Source of the DNA: Eledone cirrhosa
Lineage: Eukaryota
DNA length: 64,000 nucleotides
Assembly (NCBI GenBank): GCA_964016885.1
Contig: OZ024743.1
Coordinates: 114,018,001 to 114,082,000, forward strand
Direction: 5' to 3'
Shown here one piece after another: positions 12,660 to 25,604 of the stretch. Numbering within the stretch: position 1 is the first letter of the stretch; the number at the start of each line of letters is the position of its first letter. A program made the translations under genes and the position numbers. The notes under the pieces were generated by a model, which searched no databases, was not told the origin of the DNA, and was given only the letters and a program-made list of their open reading frames with translations.

Positions 12660-15600
12660 ACTAGATCCACCTCAACCACACCAGACCCACCAATACCACC
12701 TCAACCACCACCACTAGAACCATCAACCACACCAGCCCCAACAATACCACCACCACCACCACCACTAGAACCATCAAGCACACCAGACCCACCAATACCA
12801 CCACCTCAACCACCACCACTAGAACCATCAACCACACCAGCCCCACCAATACCACCACAACCACCACCACTAGAACCATCAACCACACCAGCCCCACCAA
12901 TACCACCACCACCACCACCACGAGAACCATCAACCACACCAGACCCACCAATACCACCACCACCACCATGAGAACCATCAACCACACCAGACCCACCACC
13001 ACCACCACCACGAGAACCATCAACCACACCAGACCCACCACCACCACCACCACTAGAACCATCAACCACACCAGACCCACCAATACCACCTCAACCACCA
13101 CCACGAGAACCATCAACCACACCAGACCCACCAATACCACCTCAACCACCACCACCACCACCACGAGAACCATCAACCACACCAGACCCACCAATACCAC
13201 CTCAACCACCACCACTAGAACCATCAACCACACCAGACCCACCAATACCACCTCAACCACCACCACTAGAACCATCAACCACACCAGACCCACCAATACC
13301 ACCACCACCACCACTAAAACCATCAACCACACCAGACCCACCAATACCACCTCAACCACCACCACTAGAACCATCAACCACACCAGCCCCACCAATACTA
13401 CCTCAACCACCACCACTAGAACCATCAACCACACCAGACCCACCAATACCACCACCACCACTAGAACCATCAACCACACCAGACCCACCTCAACCATCAC
13501 CACTAGAACCATCAACCACACCAGACCCACCAATACCACCACCTCAACCACCACCACTAGAACCATCAACCACACCAGGCCCACCAATACCACCTCAACC
13601 ACCACCAATAGAACCATCAACCACACCAGACCCACCAATACCACCTCAACCACCACCACTAGAACCATCAACCACACCAGACCCACCAATACTACCTCAA
13701 CCACCACCACTAGAACCATCAACCACACCAGCCCCACCAATACTACCTCAACCACCACCACTAGAACCATCAACCACACCAGACCCACCAATACCACCAC
13801 CACCACCACCACTAGAACCATCAACCACACCAGCCCCACCAATACCACCACCGCCACCACCACTAGAACCATCAACCACACCAGACCCACCAATACCACC
13901 ACCACCACTAGAACCATCAACCACACCAGCCCCACCAATACCACCACCACCACTAGAACCATCAACCACACCAGACCCACCAATACCACCACCTCAACCA
14001 CCACCACTAGAACCATCAACCACACCAGACCCACCAATACCACCTCAACCACCACCACTAGAACCATCAACCACACCAGACCCACCAATACCACCACCTC
14101 AACCACCACCACTAGAACCATCAACCACACCAGCCCCACCAATACCACCACAAACCACACCAGCCCCACCAATACCACCACCACCACTAGAACCATCAAC
14201 CACACCAGACCCACCAATACCACCTCAACCACCACCACTAGAACCATCAACCACACCAGCCCCACCAATACTACCTCAACCACCACCACTAGAACCATCA
14301 ACCACACCAGCCCCACCAATACTACCTCAACCACCACCACTAGAACCATCAACCACACCAGACCCACCAATACCACCACCACCACTAGAACCATCAACCA
14401 CACCAGCCCCACCAATACCACCACCACCACCACCACTAGAACCATCAACCACACCAGACCCACCATACCACCACCACTAGAACCATCAACCACACCAGAC
14501 CCACCAATACCACCTCAACCACCACCACTAGAACCATCAACCACACCAGACCCACCAATACCACCACCTCAACCACCACCACTAGAACCATCAACCACAC
14601 CAGACCCACCAATACCACCACCACCACCACTAGAACCATCAACCACACCAGACCCACCTCAACCACCACCACTAGAACCATCAACCACACCAGACCCACC
14701 AATACCACCACCACCACTAGAACCATCAACCACACCAGACCCACCAATACCACCTCAACCACCACCACTAGAACCATCAACCACACCAGACCCACCAATA
14801 CCACCTCAACCACCACCACTAAAACCATTAACCACACCAGACCCACCAATACCACCACCTCAACCACCACCACTAAAACCATCAACCACACGAGACCCAC
14901 CAATACCACCTCAACCACCACCACCACCACTAGAACCATCAACCACACCAGACCCACCAATACCACCTCAACCACCACCACTAGAACCATCAACCACACC
15001 AGACCCACCAATACCACCTCAACAACCACCACTAGAACCATCACCAACACCATCCCAACCCATACCACCACCACCACCACCACCACTAGAACCATCAACC
15101 ACACGAGACCCACCAATACCACCTCAACCACCACCACTAGAACCATCAACCACACCAGACCCACCAATACCACCTCAACAACCACCACTAGAACCATCAC
15201 CAACACCATCCCAACCCATACCACCACCACCACCACCACTAGAACCATCAACCACACCAGACCCACCTCAACCACCACCACTAGAACCATCAACCACACC
15301 AGACCCACCAATACCACCACCTCAACCACCACCACTAGAACCATCAACCACACCAGACCCACCAATACCACCACCTCAACCACCACCACTAGAACCATCA
15401 ACCACACCAGACCCAGCAATACCACCACCTCAACCACCACCATTAGAACCATCAACCACACCAGACCCACCAATACCACCACCACCACCACTAGAACCAT
15501 CAACCACACCAGACCCACCAATACCACCTCAACCACCACCACTAGAACCATCAACCACACCAGACCCACCTCAACCACCACCACTAGAACCATCAACCAC

Positions 15601-15735
15601 ACCAGCCCCACCACCACCACCACCACTACCACTAGAACCATCAACCACACCAGCCCCACCAATACCACCTCAACCACCACAACTACAACCATCAACCACA
15701 CCAGCCCCACCACCACCACCACCACCACCACTACC
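12660..15735. repeat. ~45-bp CCA-rich minisatellite (CCACCACTAGAACCATCAACCACACCAGACCCACCAATACCACCTCAA), roughly 65-70 copies
   Basis: Tandem array whose unit length varies by CCA triplets; reads PPPLEPSTTPDPPIPPQ or TTTRTINHTRPT depending on frame. Confidence 0.95.
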
Positions 15736-15889
15736 AGCAGCAGCATCAAATATAAATAGATAGATGAAATAAAATTGCTTCAGAGTTTAATGTCCTTTCA
15801 TACATAACTGCAACATTTCAACCTCAACTATTATAGCTAGACAATTGCCTTATGATACATCTTATCTGCCTTGTCACCTCTGATATTTT

Positions 15890-16765
15890 AGACCCTGAGA
15901 CCACTGTCACCACCACCACCACCACCCCTCCCACACACACATCTAATATCACTACTGCCACCACCAATAGCATCAACTTCAACACACCTCACACACACCC
16001 GACCATTAGTGCTGCCACCACAACCAATACCATCACCCCCATTATCACATCACCACCACCAACAACAACAACAACAACACAACCATCACAATCAACATCA
16101 CATCCATCACAACTAACAACACAACAAACATCACATCCATCACCACCAACAACATCACAACCAACAACACAACCATCACAACAAACATCACATCCACCAC
16201 AACCAACATCACATCTATCACAACCAACAACACAACCATCACAACAAACATCACATCCACCACCATCAATATCACAACCAACAACACAACCATCACAACC
16301 AACAACACACCATCACAACAAACATCACAACCATCACAACAAACATCACAACCATCACAACAAACATCACATCCACCACCAACATCATAGCCAACAACAA
16401 AAACAGCATAACAACCAACATCACATACAACACCATCACAACCAACATCACATCCACCACCGACCACAAAAACACCACCACCACAACCGACCACAAAAAC
16501 ACCACCACCACAACCGACCACAAAAACAACACCACCACAACCCACCACCAACATCACAGCCACCATGAACAACAACATCACCACCAACAACATAACCACC
16601 ACCACCAGTAACATCACCAACAACAACACATCCACCACAACCACCACCACCACCACCATAGACATCAAGAACACCACCACCACCACCACCACAGCCAACA
16701 TCACATCCAGCACCAATAACAACATCAAAGCTGCCATCACCATCAGCACCACCATTATGGAATGA
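15890..16765. repeat. A/C-rich low-complexity tract (mucin-like PTS translation on +)
   Basis: Degenerate ACA/CCA/TCA repeats; includes a frameshift near 16308 and stops near 16388/16409 in the PTS frame. Confidence 0.8.
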
Positions 16766-16971
16766 AGAACAAAATCTGATACAATCAGCATGGTAGTTAA
16801 GCAACATGTGGCAACCTGTGGAGAGAAATTATTACAGAATGACAAATACACTTAAGATTTCCTGTACTGGAATGATGTAAAAGGTATGGTGTGGAGGAGC
16901 GTGTATACATATATATATATATATATATATATCATCATGTATACATATATATATATATATATGCATGCATG

Positions 16972-17032
<61 letters not shown>

Positions 17033-17662
17033 TCAATGGCTATCATCGAAATATATATAGCAGTAAATAAAGGATTATGAATTCATGCAATTGACTTATG
17101 TTTCGTCACTATATATATATATAGCATCATCATATATACACTAATATATAAATACATACATGCATACATACACTAATCTATATATATATACACATCTAAT
17201 AATACATATACACATACATACACATTCACATATAAATGTGCATCCATATATAAGTATATAATACAATCATATATGCATTTCAATATATTAAATAACATCT
17301 CTATTTTTGAGTGTCCATTTAATTTAGTTCATTATACACACACACATATATATATATATATATGCATATCTATGTACATATACACATATATATATACATA
17401 TATACATTTATATATACATATATATATATATGCATACACATATATATATATACATGTATTTACACATATATGCATACATACACACACAGACACAGATTGA
17501 CTGAAACCATGCTGGGCCCTACCATCAATGGTAATTCACCAATCATATTGACCTTAGTAATTATTTTGATCCCAGCTATCATTTCTATCTGCTATCTGTC
17601 CAGGTAGATAATAATGCCTTAAACTCTATAATAGAGAATCAAAGTCTTGTTAATTCTTAATA

Positions 17663-17921
17663 TCTAAAACAGAGAATGTCTGTCTGTCTGACTCCCTAAA
17701 ACTCGAGAAGCACCTGACCGATTTTTTTCAAACTTTACACATGTAATACTTGTGGTCGTGTGAGTGTTTTGAGCAAAAAATATTTCAAATTTTCAATGCC
17801 ATAGGGACCGCATTAGGCGCCGGAACGTCGCGCCCTTATAATATCTCTCTGTATGTCTGGATGTCCGCATTACGACATTATGACTTCACAGCCTGTGTGC
17901 GTGTATATATATGTATATATA

Positions 17922-17959
<38 letters not shown>

Positions 17960-18475
17960 TTCTCATTGCTGACGTATTATGTTCGCTATTTTCCATTCAT
18001 TGCCAGGGAACGTCTTCACGAACCAAAGTATCGTCTTCCTGTTTTCCTTCGGTTGCAACGTTTTTCGAAATATTTACTTCTGCGTTCACAGATTGATTTT
18101 TTTAGTTTCAGAAGATCCCGTAAGGGTGAAAGCACCGATTCTTTGCTTAAGCTTTAATCTGTTATTTTAATATATATCTATAATTATATATTCGTGTACA
18201 GATATTTTTGCATACACAATAACAAAATATAAACAAACGTATTTATTTCACGAGGCTCGACAGCAGCAAAAACAACAAAAAAGAGAGGGAACGCCATTAC
18301 ATGCTTTTGAAAAATCTTAATGGAAAATTATTTGCCTATTCACCCAAGGCGACTTCACTTTTCATTAGGACTTCTGCATCAATTGGTGAACATACGACGA
18401 ATCTGTTTCAGAAAGGAGGGATAAACATGCCAATCTATGTTTAGAATCCCGAGCAACACCGGGCCATTCTGCTAG
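17663..18475 (+). mobile_element. Apparently complete non-autonomous Helitron-like element (~0.8 kb)
   Basis: A|TCTAAAACAGAGAA(TGTC)n ... CCCGAGCAACACCGGG-CCATTCTG-CTAG|T; no TSD; ends homologous to 4289-5639. Confidence 0.8.
18104..18153 (+). ncRNA. Hammerhead-like ribozyme motif, family H1
   Basis: AGTTT CAGAAGA T-CCC gtaa GGG-T GAAA GCA ccgattctt TGC TT AAGCT: stems I, II and III all pair; core U4 replaced by A. Confidence 0.55.
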
Positions 18476-18582
18476 TATACATTATTTCTTTTATTGTATA
18501 GCCCCAAGTAAACCCTGATAATAAACAACTAAGATCTATTACAACTATCATCCAGGAAACCTAGAATCCATTAGAACTGCAA

Positions 18583-19170
18583 TCCAGTACACATTTTACC
18601 CAGTACACCTTTGACTCAGCAGATATATAAACCAGTACACCTATGATCCAATATACCTTTGACCCAGCAGATATTATACCCAGTGCACCTTTGATTCAGT
18701 ACACCTGTGACCCAGCAGGTATATAACCCAGTACACCTTTGACTCAGCAGACATATAACCCAGTATACCTTTGACCCAGTAGACATATAACCCAGTACAT
18801 CTTTGATCCAATACACCTTTGACCCAACAGACGTATGATACAATACACCTTTGGTCCAGTACACCTTTGATCCAGTACACCTCTAATCCAGTCCACCTTT
18901 AATCCAGTCCACCTTTAATCCAGTACACCTTTAATCCAGTACACCTTTAATCCAGTACACCTTTAATCCAGTACACCTTTAATCCAGTACACCTTTGACC
19001 CAACAGACGTATGATACAGTACACCTTTGGTTCAGTACACCCTTAATCCAGTACACCTTTAATCCAGTACATCTTTGATTCAGTACACCTTTGATCCAGT
19101 ACACCTTTGATCCAACACAGCGATAGCTCAGTACACCTATGGCCCTGTACAACTATGACCCAGTAGCACA
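18583..19170. repeat. Minisatellite built on ~16-bp CCAGTACACCTTT(GAC/AAT) units
   Basis: Tandem 16-mers mixed with ~31-bp composite units. Confidence 0.9.
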
Positions 19171-19847
19171 ATAATCCAGCAGACTTTTGTTCTCACCATA
19201 ACCATCCCAACAATTATTCAGACATACTTTTTCTAGAACTATGCTATCCATAATGTTATTCTTCACTTGTTATTTACAGGAGATTTGGTTGTTATTTCTA
19301 GCAGATCAAGTGACAACATAAAGATCTGATCATTTGTTGTTAGCCTAATCCTAAAAGTACTCCATCACTTTTCAACATTACCTTTACAACAAAGAAAATA
19401 AAAGTGTAATATTTGAAAATGTGAGAGTCCCAAACATAAAATAACTGTAATAATAATCAATTACTATAAATAATTGTTTCTATGTTGACACAAGGCCAAC
19501 AATTTGAAGAGATGATGAACATTTACTAAATCAAACCCAGTGCGTTACTGCTACCTTAATTTATGGACCCCTTAAGAATGAAAAGAAAAGCTAATCTTGG
19601 CAGGATTTGAACACAATGTAAAGGGCCATAACTAGATGCTGCAAAGCATGTTGTCCGATACTCAATGATCTGTAGATAATAATAGAGAAAATTGGTAATA
19701 CCCAATTTTCTCATATTTATAGTGACCAACTGTTATTACAGTCATTTTCAGCAATAAGGACTCTCGTATTTTCAAATTTTAAACACTACCCCCACCCAGC
19801 ACTTCAGTAATTCTCTATGGATGAAGACGCACTGAATTGACAGAGAA

Positions 19848-20074
19848 TTAACCCTTTAGCATTTAAACCAGCCATATCCAATCAGAATTCTCTTACATCT
19901 TTCTGTTTAAACTGGCTGTAACTGGCCACTGATACTTAAGTTAAGGTATTGTTCTCAAAATAAATAATATTAAAATCTCATAGATTCAATATTATGTGAA
20001 ATAATTGTGAGATAAAGTGTTTACCATGAAAATACAATAGTAAATATAGAGTAATGTAAATGCTAAAGAGTTAA
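19848..20074 (-). mobile_element. TTAA MITE family 1
   Basis: TTAACCCTTTAGCATT...AATGCTAAAGAGTTAA; interior is the reverse complement of 7054-7268. Confidence 0.85.
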
Positions 20075-20079
20075 AGTTA

Positions 20080-20345
20080 TCATCATCACCGTTTTACATC
20101 CATTCTTCCACGCTAGCATGGGTTAGACGGGTTGTCCTGTTGTGGACAATGCCAGGTCAGGTCACCATGTCTTGCTCATACAGAATTGATTTGGGCTAGA
20201 TTTCTACAGCTGCATGCCCTTCCTAACACCAACCACATTTACAGTGTGGACTGGGTGCCTTTTTACCGTGGCACCTACACGACCACTTTAGAGTGTGGAC
20301 TGGGTAATTTTTTGTCGTGACACCTACACGACCACTTTACAGTGA
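20080..20345 (-). mobile_element. SINE/LINE 3' tail family C with (GAT)n end
   Basis: (CAT)n..TTCCACGCTAGCATGGGTTAGACG..CTACAGCTG(G/C)ATGCCCTTCCTAACACCAACC; recurs at 22670, 23640, 37140, 44025. Confidence 0.75.
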
Positions 20346-20611
20346 GATTGTGTTATCCATCTCTGCCCTTTGCACTGTCTGAGTTCAAATCTAGTTGAGG
20401 TTAATTTGGCCTTTCATCCTTTCAAGGATGATAAAAAAAAGTACCATTATGGTACTGGGGTTAATACTTCCTTTATATCTCTTTCCTTCTCTGGAAGAAA
20501 ACAGTGGAGAAGATGGTCCCAGCCAGGTTTAAAATGTCCAAGGTATGCTGTATGTCATGATGGTATACCAATTATTCCACCAGGAGTTATAGGTTCATAC
20601 ATACATAAAGG

Positions 20612-20900
20612 GTGACCATGGGATTTGCACCTAAAAAGTTCCCCTCTGAGGCATAAGTCTGTGCAAGGTTGTTTGTAGAAGACCAGCAGTCGCCCATGCA
20701 TACTGGCCTCCCCTCTCCACAGCACTGATGTTGTCCAAGGAAAAGGCTATGGCCAATACAATTTGGCACCAGTGACTTATTTCTACAGCTGAGTAAACTG
20801 GAGCAACATGAAATAAAGTGTCTTGCTTAAGGACACAAAACAAAGCCCAGTCCAAGAATCGAACTCACAACCTTTCAACTGCAAGCCCAATGCTCTAACT
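20612..20900 (-). mobile_element. SINE family B
   Basis: Reverse complement of the 11283-11600 consensus. Confidence 0.8.
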
Positions 20901-21624
20901 ACACATACATACAAATAAAGGACCATTTTGACACTGGAGTCGATTTTTCCTCTATATCTCTGCCTTGCTTCTTATCTATCACCCCCTCCTCTCCATCTCT
21001 GGAAGAAATTGTTAATTCACAACTGCGCCCCTATGACACCATCTGTAGTAATACAGGGAGGGGGGAAGGGTCCAAACATATATGGGTGAATATGTTTCAT
21101 TGTCTTTTTTCTTCTTCATATTTCTTCAGTCTGTTTTAACTACACAGCCTTGCCCATGTTACATCACAACCTTGAACATTGCAGAGCGGGGGGTGGGGGG
21201 TTAGAGAAAGGGTTGAGATAAGATGAATTTTATTCAAACAATGAAGTGAAACTATCTGACTGGTACTAACTAGTGATGACTAACAAGTGATCTGACCTTA
21301 TTCCAACAGGAATTTTTTGTACTTCCTATCATCAATATACTGAAAAAAAACATGACTAATAAGGATACTTCACATATGTTAAGTATGTAAGCAAAATATA
21401 TATAACTTATACATATATAAACATTCACACAAACACACATACACACATATAGTTATAAATATACATACATAATCATTTACACAAACACACACATATATAT
21501 ATATATATATACATACACAATCATTCACACAAACACACATACGTATATATACATACATAATCATTCACACATACACACATATATACATACATACATACAT
21601 ATATATATAATCATTCACACAAAC

Positions 21625-21659
<35 letters not shown>

Positions 21660-22669
21660 GCATAAATACATACACATATATACACACCCTTTGTTAGAAT
21701 ATTTGTATTTGATTAGGTTTCTAAGATACATACCCATATATATACACACATACTTGCAGACAAGTAAACATTACACATACTTAGGTACTATATGAAAACA
21801 CAAACACTCACACACACATACATAGATATCAACACATACACAGATATAGACACACACACACACAGAAACATACACAAAATCAATTAAACAGACATATGCA
21901 CATGCAAAGGCACACACACACATATATACATATATACACAACCCCACACACACACATATACATATATACACAACCACACATATACATATATACACAACCA
22001 CACACATACATATACATATATACACAACTACACACATACATATACATATATACACAACTACACACACACACATATTGTCAAAGGCACACCACCCACTGAG
22101 ATGAATGTTATAGAGATAAATGGGGAAAAAACTCTAATTATCTATTTTATTCTAATTAGCTACATGTAACTTAATTATAATAAATACAATGCAAAACATA
22201 TTGGAATCAGGAAAACACAAATACAAACAGGATCATGTATTATGTGTATTATAAACACACAGATATATATATATATATATATATATCATTGCCTTAGTCC
22301 AGAGAAACTCAGAGTACCCAAGAATGTATATGCTTCATATCTTATATAACATAGTATATATATATATATATACTATGTAGATAAATCTACCAAAATACAA
22401 GGTAGTGTCGAATCCGTATGAAGAACTCAATGTAATCCAAATATCATGAAAAGAGAAGATGTATTCAAAAATGTTTTCAATGAAAATCACAGGAAAACAG
22501 AGTCAAGATAAATTAATAAAAACAATGAATAAAAACAAAGAAACAGTTCCTTATATTAAAAAATTCATCATTTTACGATCGTTTCTAGGATATATATATA
22601 TATATATTTATATATCATCATTTTACATGCACTTTTCCCTGCTTGCAATATATATATATATATATATAT

Positions 22670-22928
22670 CATCATCATCATCGTTTTACGTCCGTTCTTC
22701 CACGCTAGCATGGGTTAGACGGGTTATCCTGTTGTGGGCAGTGTCCGGTCAGCTGACCTTGTCTTTCTCATACGGGAACTGATTCTGGCTTCATTTCTAC
22801 AGCTGGATGCCCCTCCTAACACCAACCTCATTTACAGTGTGAGCTGGGTGCTTTTTTGTTGTGGTACTTCCACGACCACTTTGCAGTGGAATGATAGGGA
22901 CCCCAGTCCTTATCTCATTTCTACAGCT
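22670..22928 (-). mobile_element. 5'-truncated composite SINE (B body plus C tail)
   Basis: Reverse complement of 23320-23530. Confidence 0.75.
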
Positions 22929-23193
22929 ATAAGAAAAGAGTTGGGACCTTGACGGCTGAGCTCCGGCCGTTTCAACAGCTAGATCCGAACTAAGCCACCA
23001 GTATTAGAATGGCGGGAATCTGAGTACTCTGGTGCATTATGGTCCACCTGGTATCTTACCACACTTTCTTTGTTATATATATAAGTCCATTTCTTAGAGG
23101 GTTCTAAACCCCACTATCAGGCTAAAATTTCTTTAGTTAAAAAATACGGTGAAACCTATTTCTAATATATACATATATGTATATATATATATA

Positions 23194-23530
23194 GAGGCAC
23201 ATGGCTTAGTGGTTAGAGCATTGGTCTTGCAATCGAAAGGTTGTGAGTTCAATTCTCAGACCAGGTGATGTGTTGTTTCCTTGAGCAAGACACTTTATTT
23301 CACATTGCTCCAGTTTACTCAGCTGTAGAAATGAGATGATAGAGACTGGGGTCCCTATCATTCCACTGCAAAGTGGTCGTGGAGGTGCCATGGCAAAAAA
23401 AGCACCCAGTACTCACGGTAAATCAGGTTGGTGTTAGGAAGGGCATCCAGCTGTAGAAATCAAGCCAGAATCAGTTTCCGTCCCACCCTTGCAAGCAGGG
23501 AAAAGCAGACGTAAAATGATGATAATGATG
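23194..23530 (+). mobile_element. Full-length composite SINE: tRNA head (family B) joined to family C tail
   Basis: GAGGCACATGGCTTAGTGGTTAGAGC..GAGTTCAATTC head, then GTTGGTGTTAGGAAGGGCATCCAGCTGTAG..GACGTAAAA(TGA)n tail. Confidence 0.8.
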
Positions 23531-23710
23531 ATATACATATATATACACACGCACATAAATATACATATTTATATATATAAATATAAACTTATACATAATA
23601 TATAAGCGTATATAAATATATATATATAATATATAAATATATATCATCACGTTTAACATTCACTTTTAGCATGGGTTAGACGAGTTGTCCTGTTGTGAAA
23701 ACAAATCACA

Positions 23711-23875
23711 TTTACAGTGTGTGCTGGGTGATTTTTGTCGTGACACCTACCTGACCACTTTACAGTGTGGACAGGGTGCTTTTTGTTGTGACACCTACCT
23801 GACCACTTTACAGTGTGGACAGGGTGCTTTTTGTTGTGACACCTACCTGACCATTTTACAGTGTGGACAGGGTGA
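23711..23875. repeat. 48-bp tandem repeat (~3.5 copies) derived from family C tail
   Basis: TTACAGTGTGGACAGGGTGCTTTTTGTTGTGACACCTACCTGACCA repeated. Confidence 0.85.
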
Positions 23876-23973
23876 ATAATCAGACACAGGAAATAACTGT
23901 AAATACTGTTAGTTGCTATAAATAGCTTAGAAAATCAGGTAAGTACCCCTCTAAATGAGAAAACGTTGCCAGC

Positions 23974-24046
23974 AGCCACTACTAGAAATCGAACCTCATA
24001 TCTCTCAGATACCAGCTGAGTGTTCTAACCATTGAGCTAATGGACC
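23974..24046 (-). pseudogene. tRNA-like sequence (Thr-GGT-like anticodon arm), probably a SINE head or tRNA pseudogene
   Basis: GGTCCATTAGCTCAATGGTTAGAAC A CTCAG CTGGTAT CTGAG AGATATGAGGTTCGATT; A and B boxes and a perfect anticodon stem, but poor T and acceptor stems. Confidence 0.6.
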
Positions 24047-24427
24047 ACTGACAGCAATTAACATGAAAATTAGGGAGCTAAGTAAAACAGCTTTGAAGTT
24101 TTAATATTTTGATATTTAACATATTGACTTTGAATATGAGCTGACTTCTTGTTTTCCCATTCACTTTTGTCACATACTTCTTGGCTTATATACATATAGT
24201 GAAGGCGTGTGGCTGAGTGGTTAGAGAATTGGATATGCAATTGTGAGGTTATGAGTTTGATTCAAGGACCAGGCAAAGCATTATGTCCTTGAACAAGCCA
24301 CTTTATTTCACATTGCTCCTACATAGAGTTGCAACTGATAGTATTAGCAATTGGAAAGACCAATGGAAAAATTGTTTCCTTAGTCCAATTTGACGAAAGT
24401 CAATCGACTGTCAAATGATTAAATACA

Positions 24428-24981
24428 CTAGCAGAAAAACCTAGCATGTATAGTGTGTATATTGATATTATACGCAAGTGTATATATATGTAGATATGAT
24501 ACGTCAAATAAAATCATAATTGAGAAAATACACAGAAATTGAACGAAGACTGTGTTACACTGTCTTATTTAATCACTAACGTAATCAACGACACATTAAA
24601 AAAGACGATATTATATATAACTGCATTAAGAGAAAATTAGTGACAGAAAATTAATATGTTTATTTAAGCGATCGCCACCAGAAGTGTTGACATTTGAAAA
24701 TTTTAAAGAAGTGAATCTGTAAATAAATAATAAAATATATTTAATGAACAGCCACGAAATTTAGTTGATAAATTATGTAATATTCATTCATTTTTTGACT
24801 TTGCCTTTCATCCTTACGGGGTCGATAAAATAAAGTACCAGTAATGTACTGGGTAATTTCTGGCCTTGTGCCAATAGTAGAAACAATTATTTATTCAAAG
24901 TAATCCAACTTATTTTACTAATGGGATAAAAAATTATAAACTGTACGCAGTCCCATGCTTCTTACTGTATTATAGTTTAGA
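24428..24981 (-). mobile_element. Non-autonomous Helitron-like element with nested SINE A fragment (~24795-24890)
   Basis: Minus strand A|TCTAAACTATAATACAG ... TTTTTCTG-CTAG|T. Confidence 0.6.
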
Positions 24982-25056
24982 TATGATTATATACATATAC
25001 CCATATGTGGTTGATGGCTGAGAGAAAGGAGTACTCAATACCAAAGTAGAGTTTTA

Positions 25057-25197
25057 ATATTCATTTATTAAGGTTGAATAGAGAGACTTGTTACTCTAGT
25101 TTCACTTGTTTCTCACAGGGTTATCAAACAACCCTATGATAAACAGGCAAAACTCCAGAGTAACAAATCTCACTATTCAACCTTAATAAATGAATAT
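25057..25197. repeat. Inverted repeat (~45 bp arms) enclosing a decayed hammerhead-like motif
   Basis: ATATTCATTTATTAAGGTTGAATAG..TTGTTACTCT / AGAGTAACAA..CTATTCAACCTTAATAAATGAATAT. Confidence 0.8.
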
Positions 25198-25604
25198 ATT
25201 ATACATACATGATGGCTGCCCTCTCATTATTGAGTATGGTCATTCCACGAAAAAAAAAAATTTAAGAAAAAAAAAATAAAATAAAAAAAAAATAAAGTAA
25301 AAAAAAAAGATATACATACATACACATACTTATATACACACGCATATATCTTAACTATTAACAGTGCTGCGATCAAATGTGGCTTTTTAGCCCAGCCAAT
25401 GATCTAAACATACAGATACATACATACATACATATATATATACAAGTTATATATTAATATATATGATAAACACAAACGTGTTTGTATTGTATTAATATAT
25501 AACTTGTATTTCACTGCTCAGAAATGCCTCTTTCTTTGAGCTGATTAATTGTAAACGACTATGAGTTTAATCTCTAAATATAATATAGTACGAATAGAAA
25601 AGAA

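Noticed and set aside
12661-15749. Val/Leu-rich minus-strand ORFs (610 and 434 aa)
   Set aside because: Antisense reading of the CCA-rich minisatellite.
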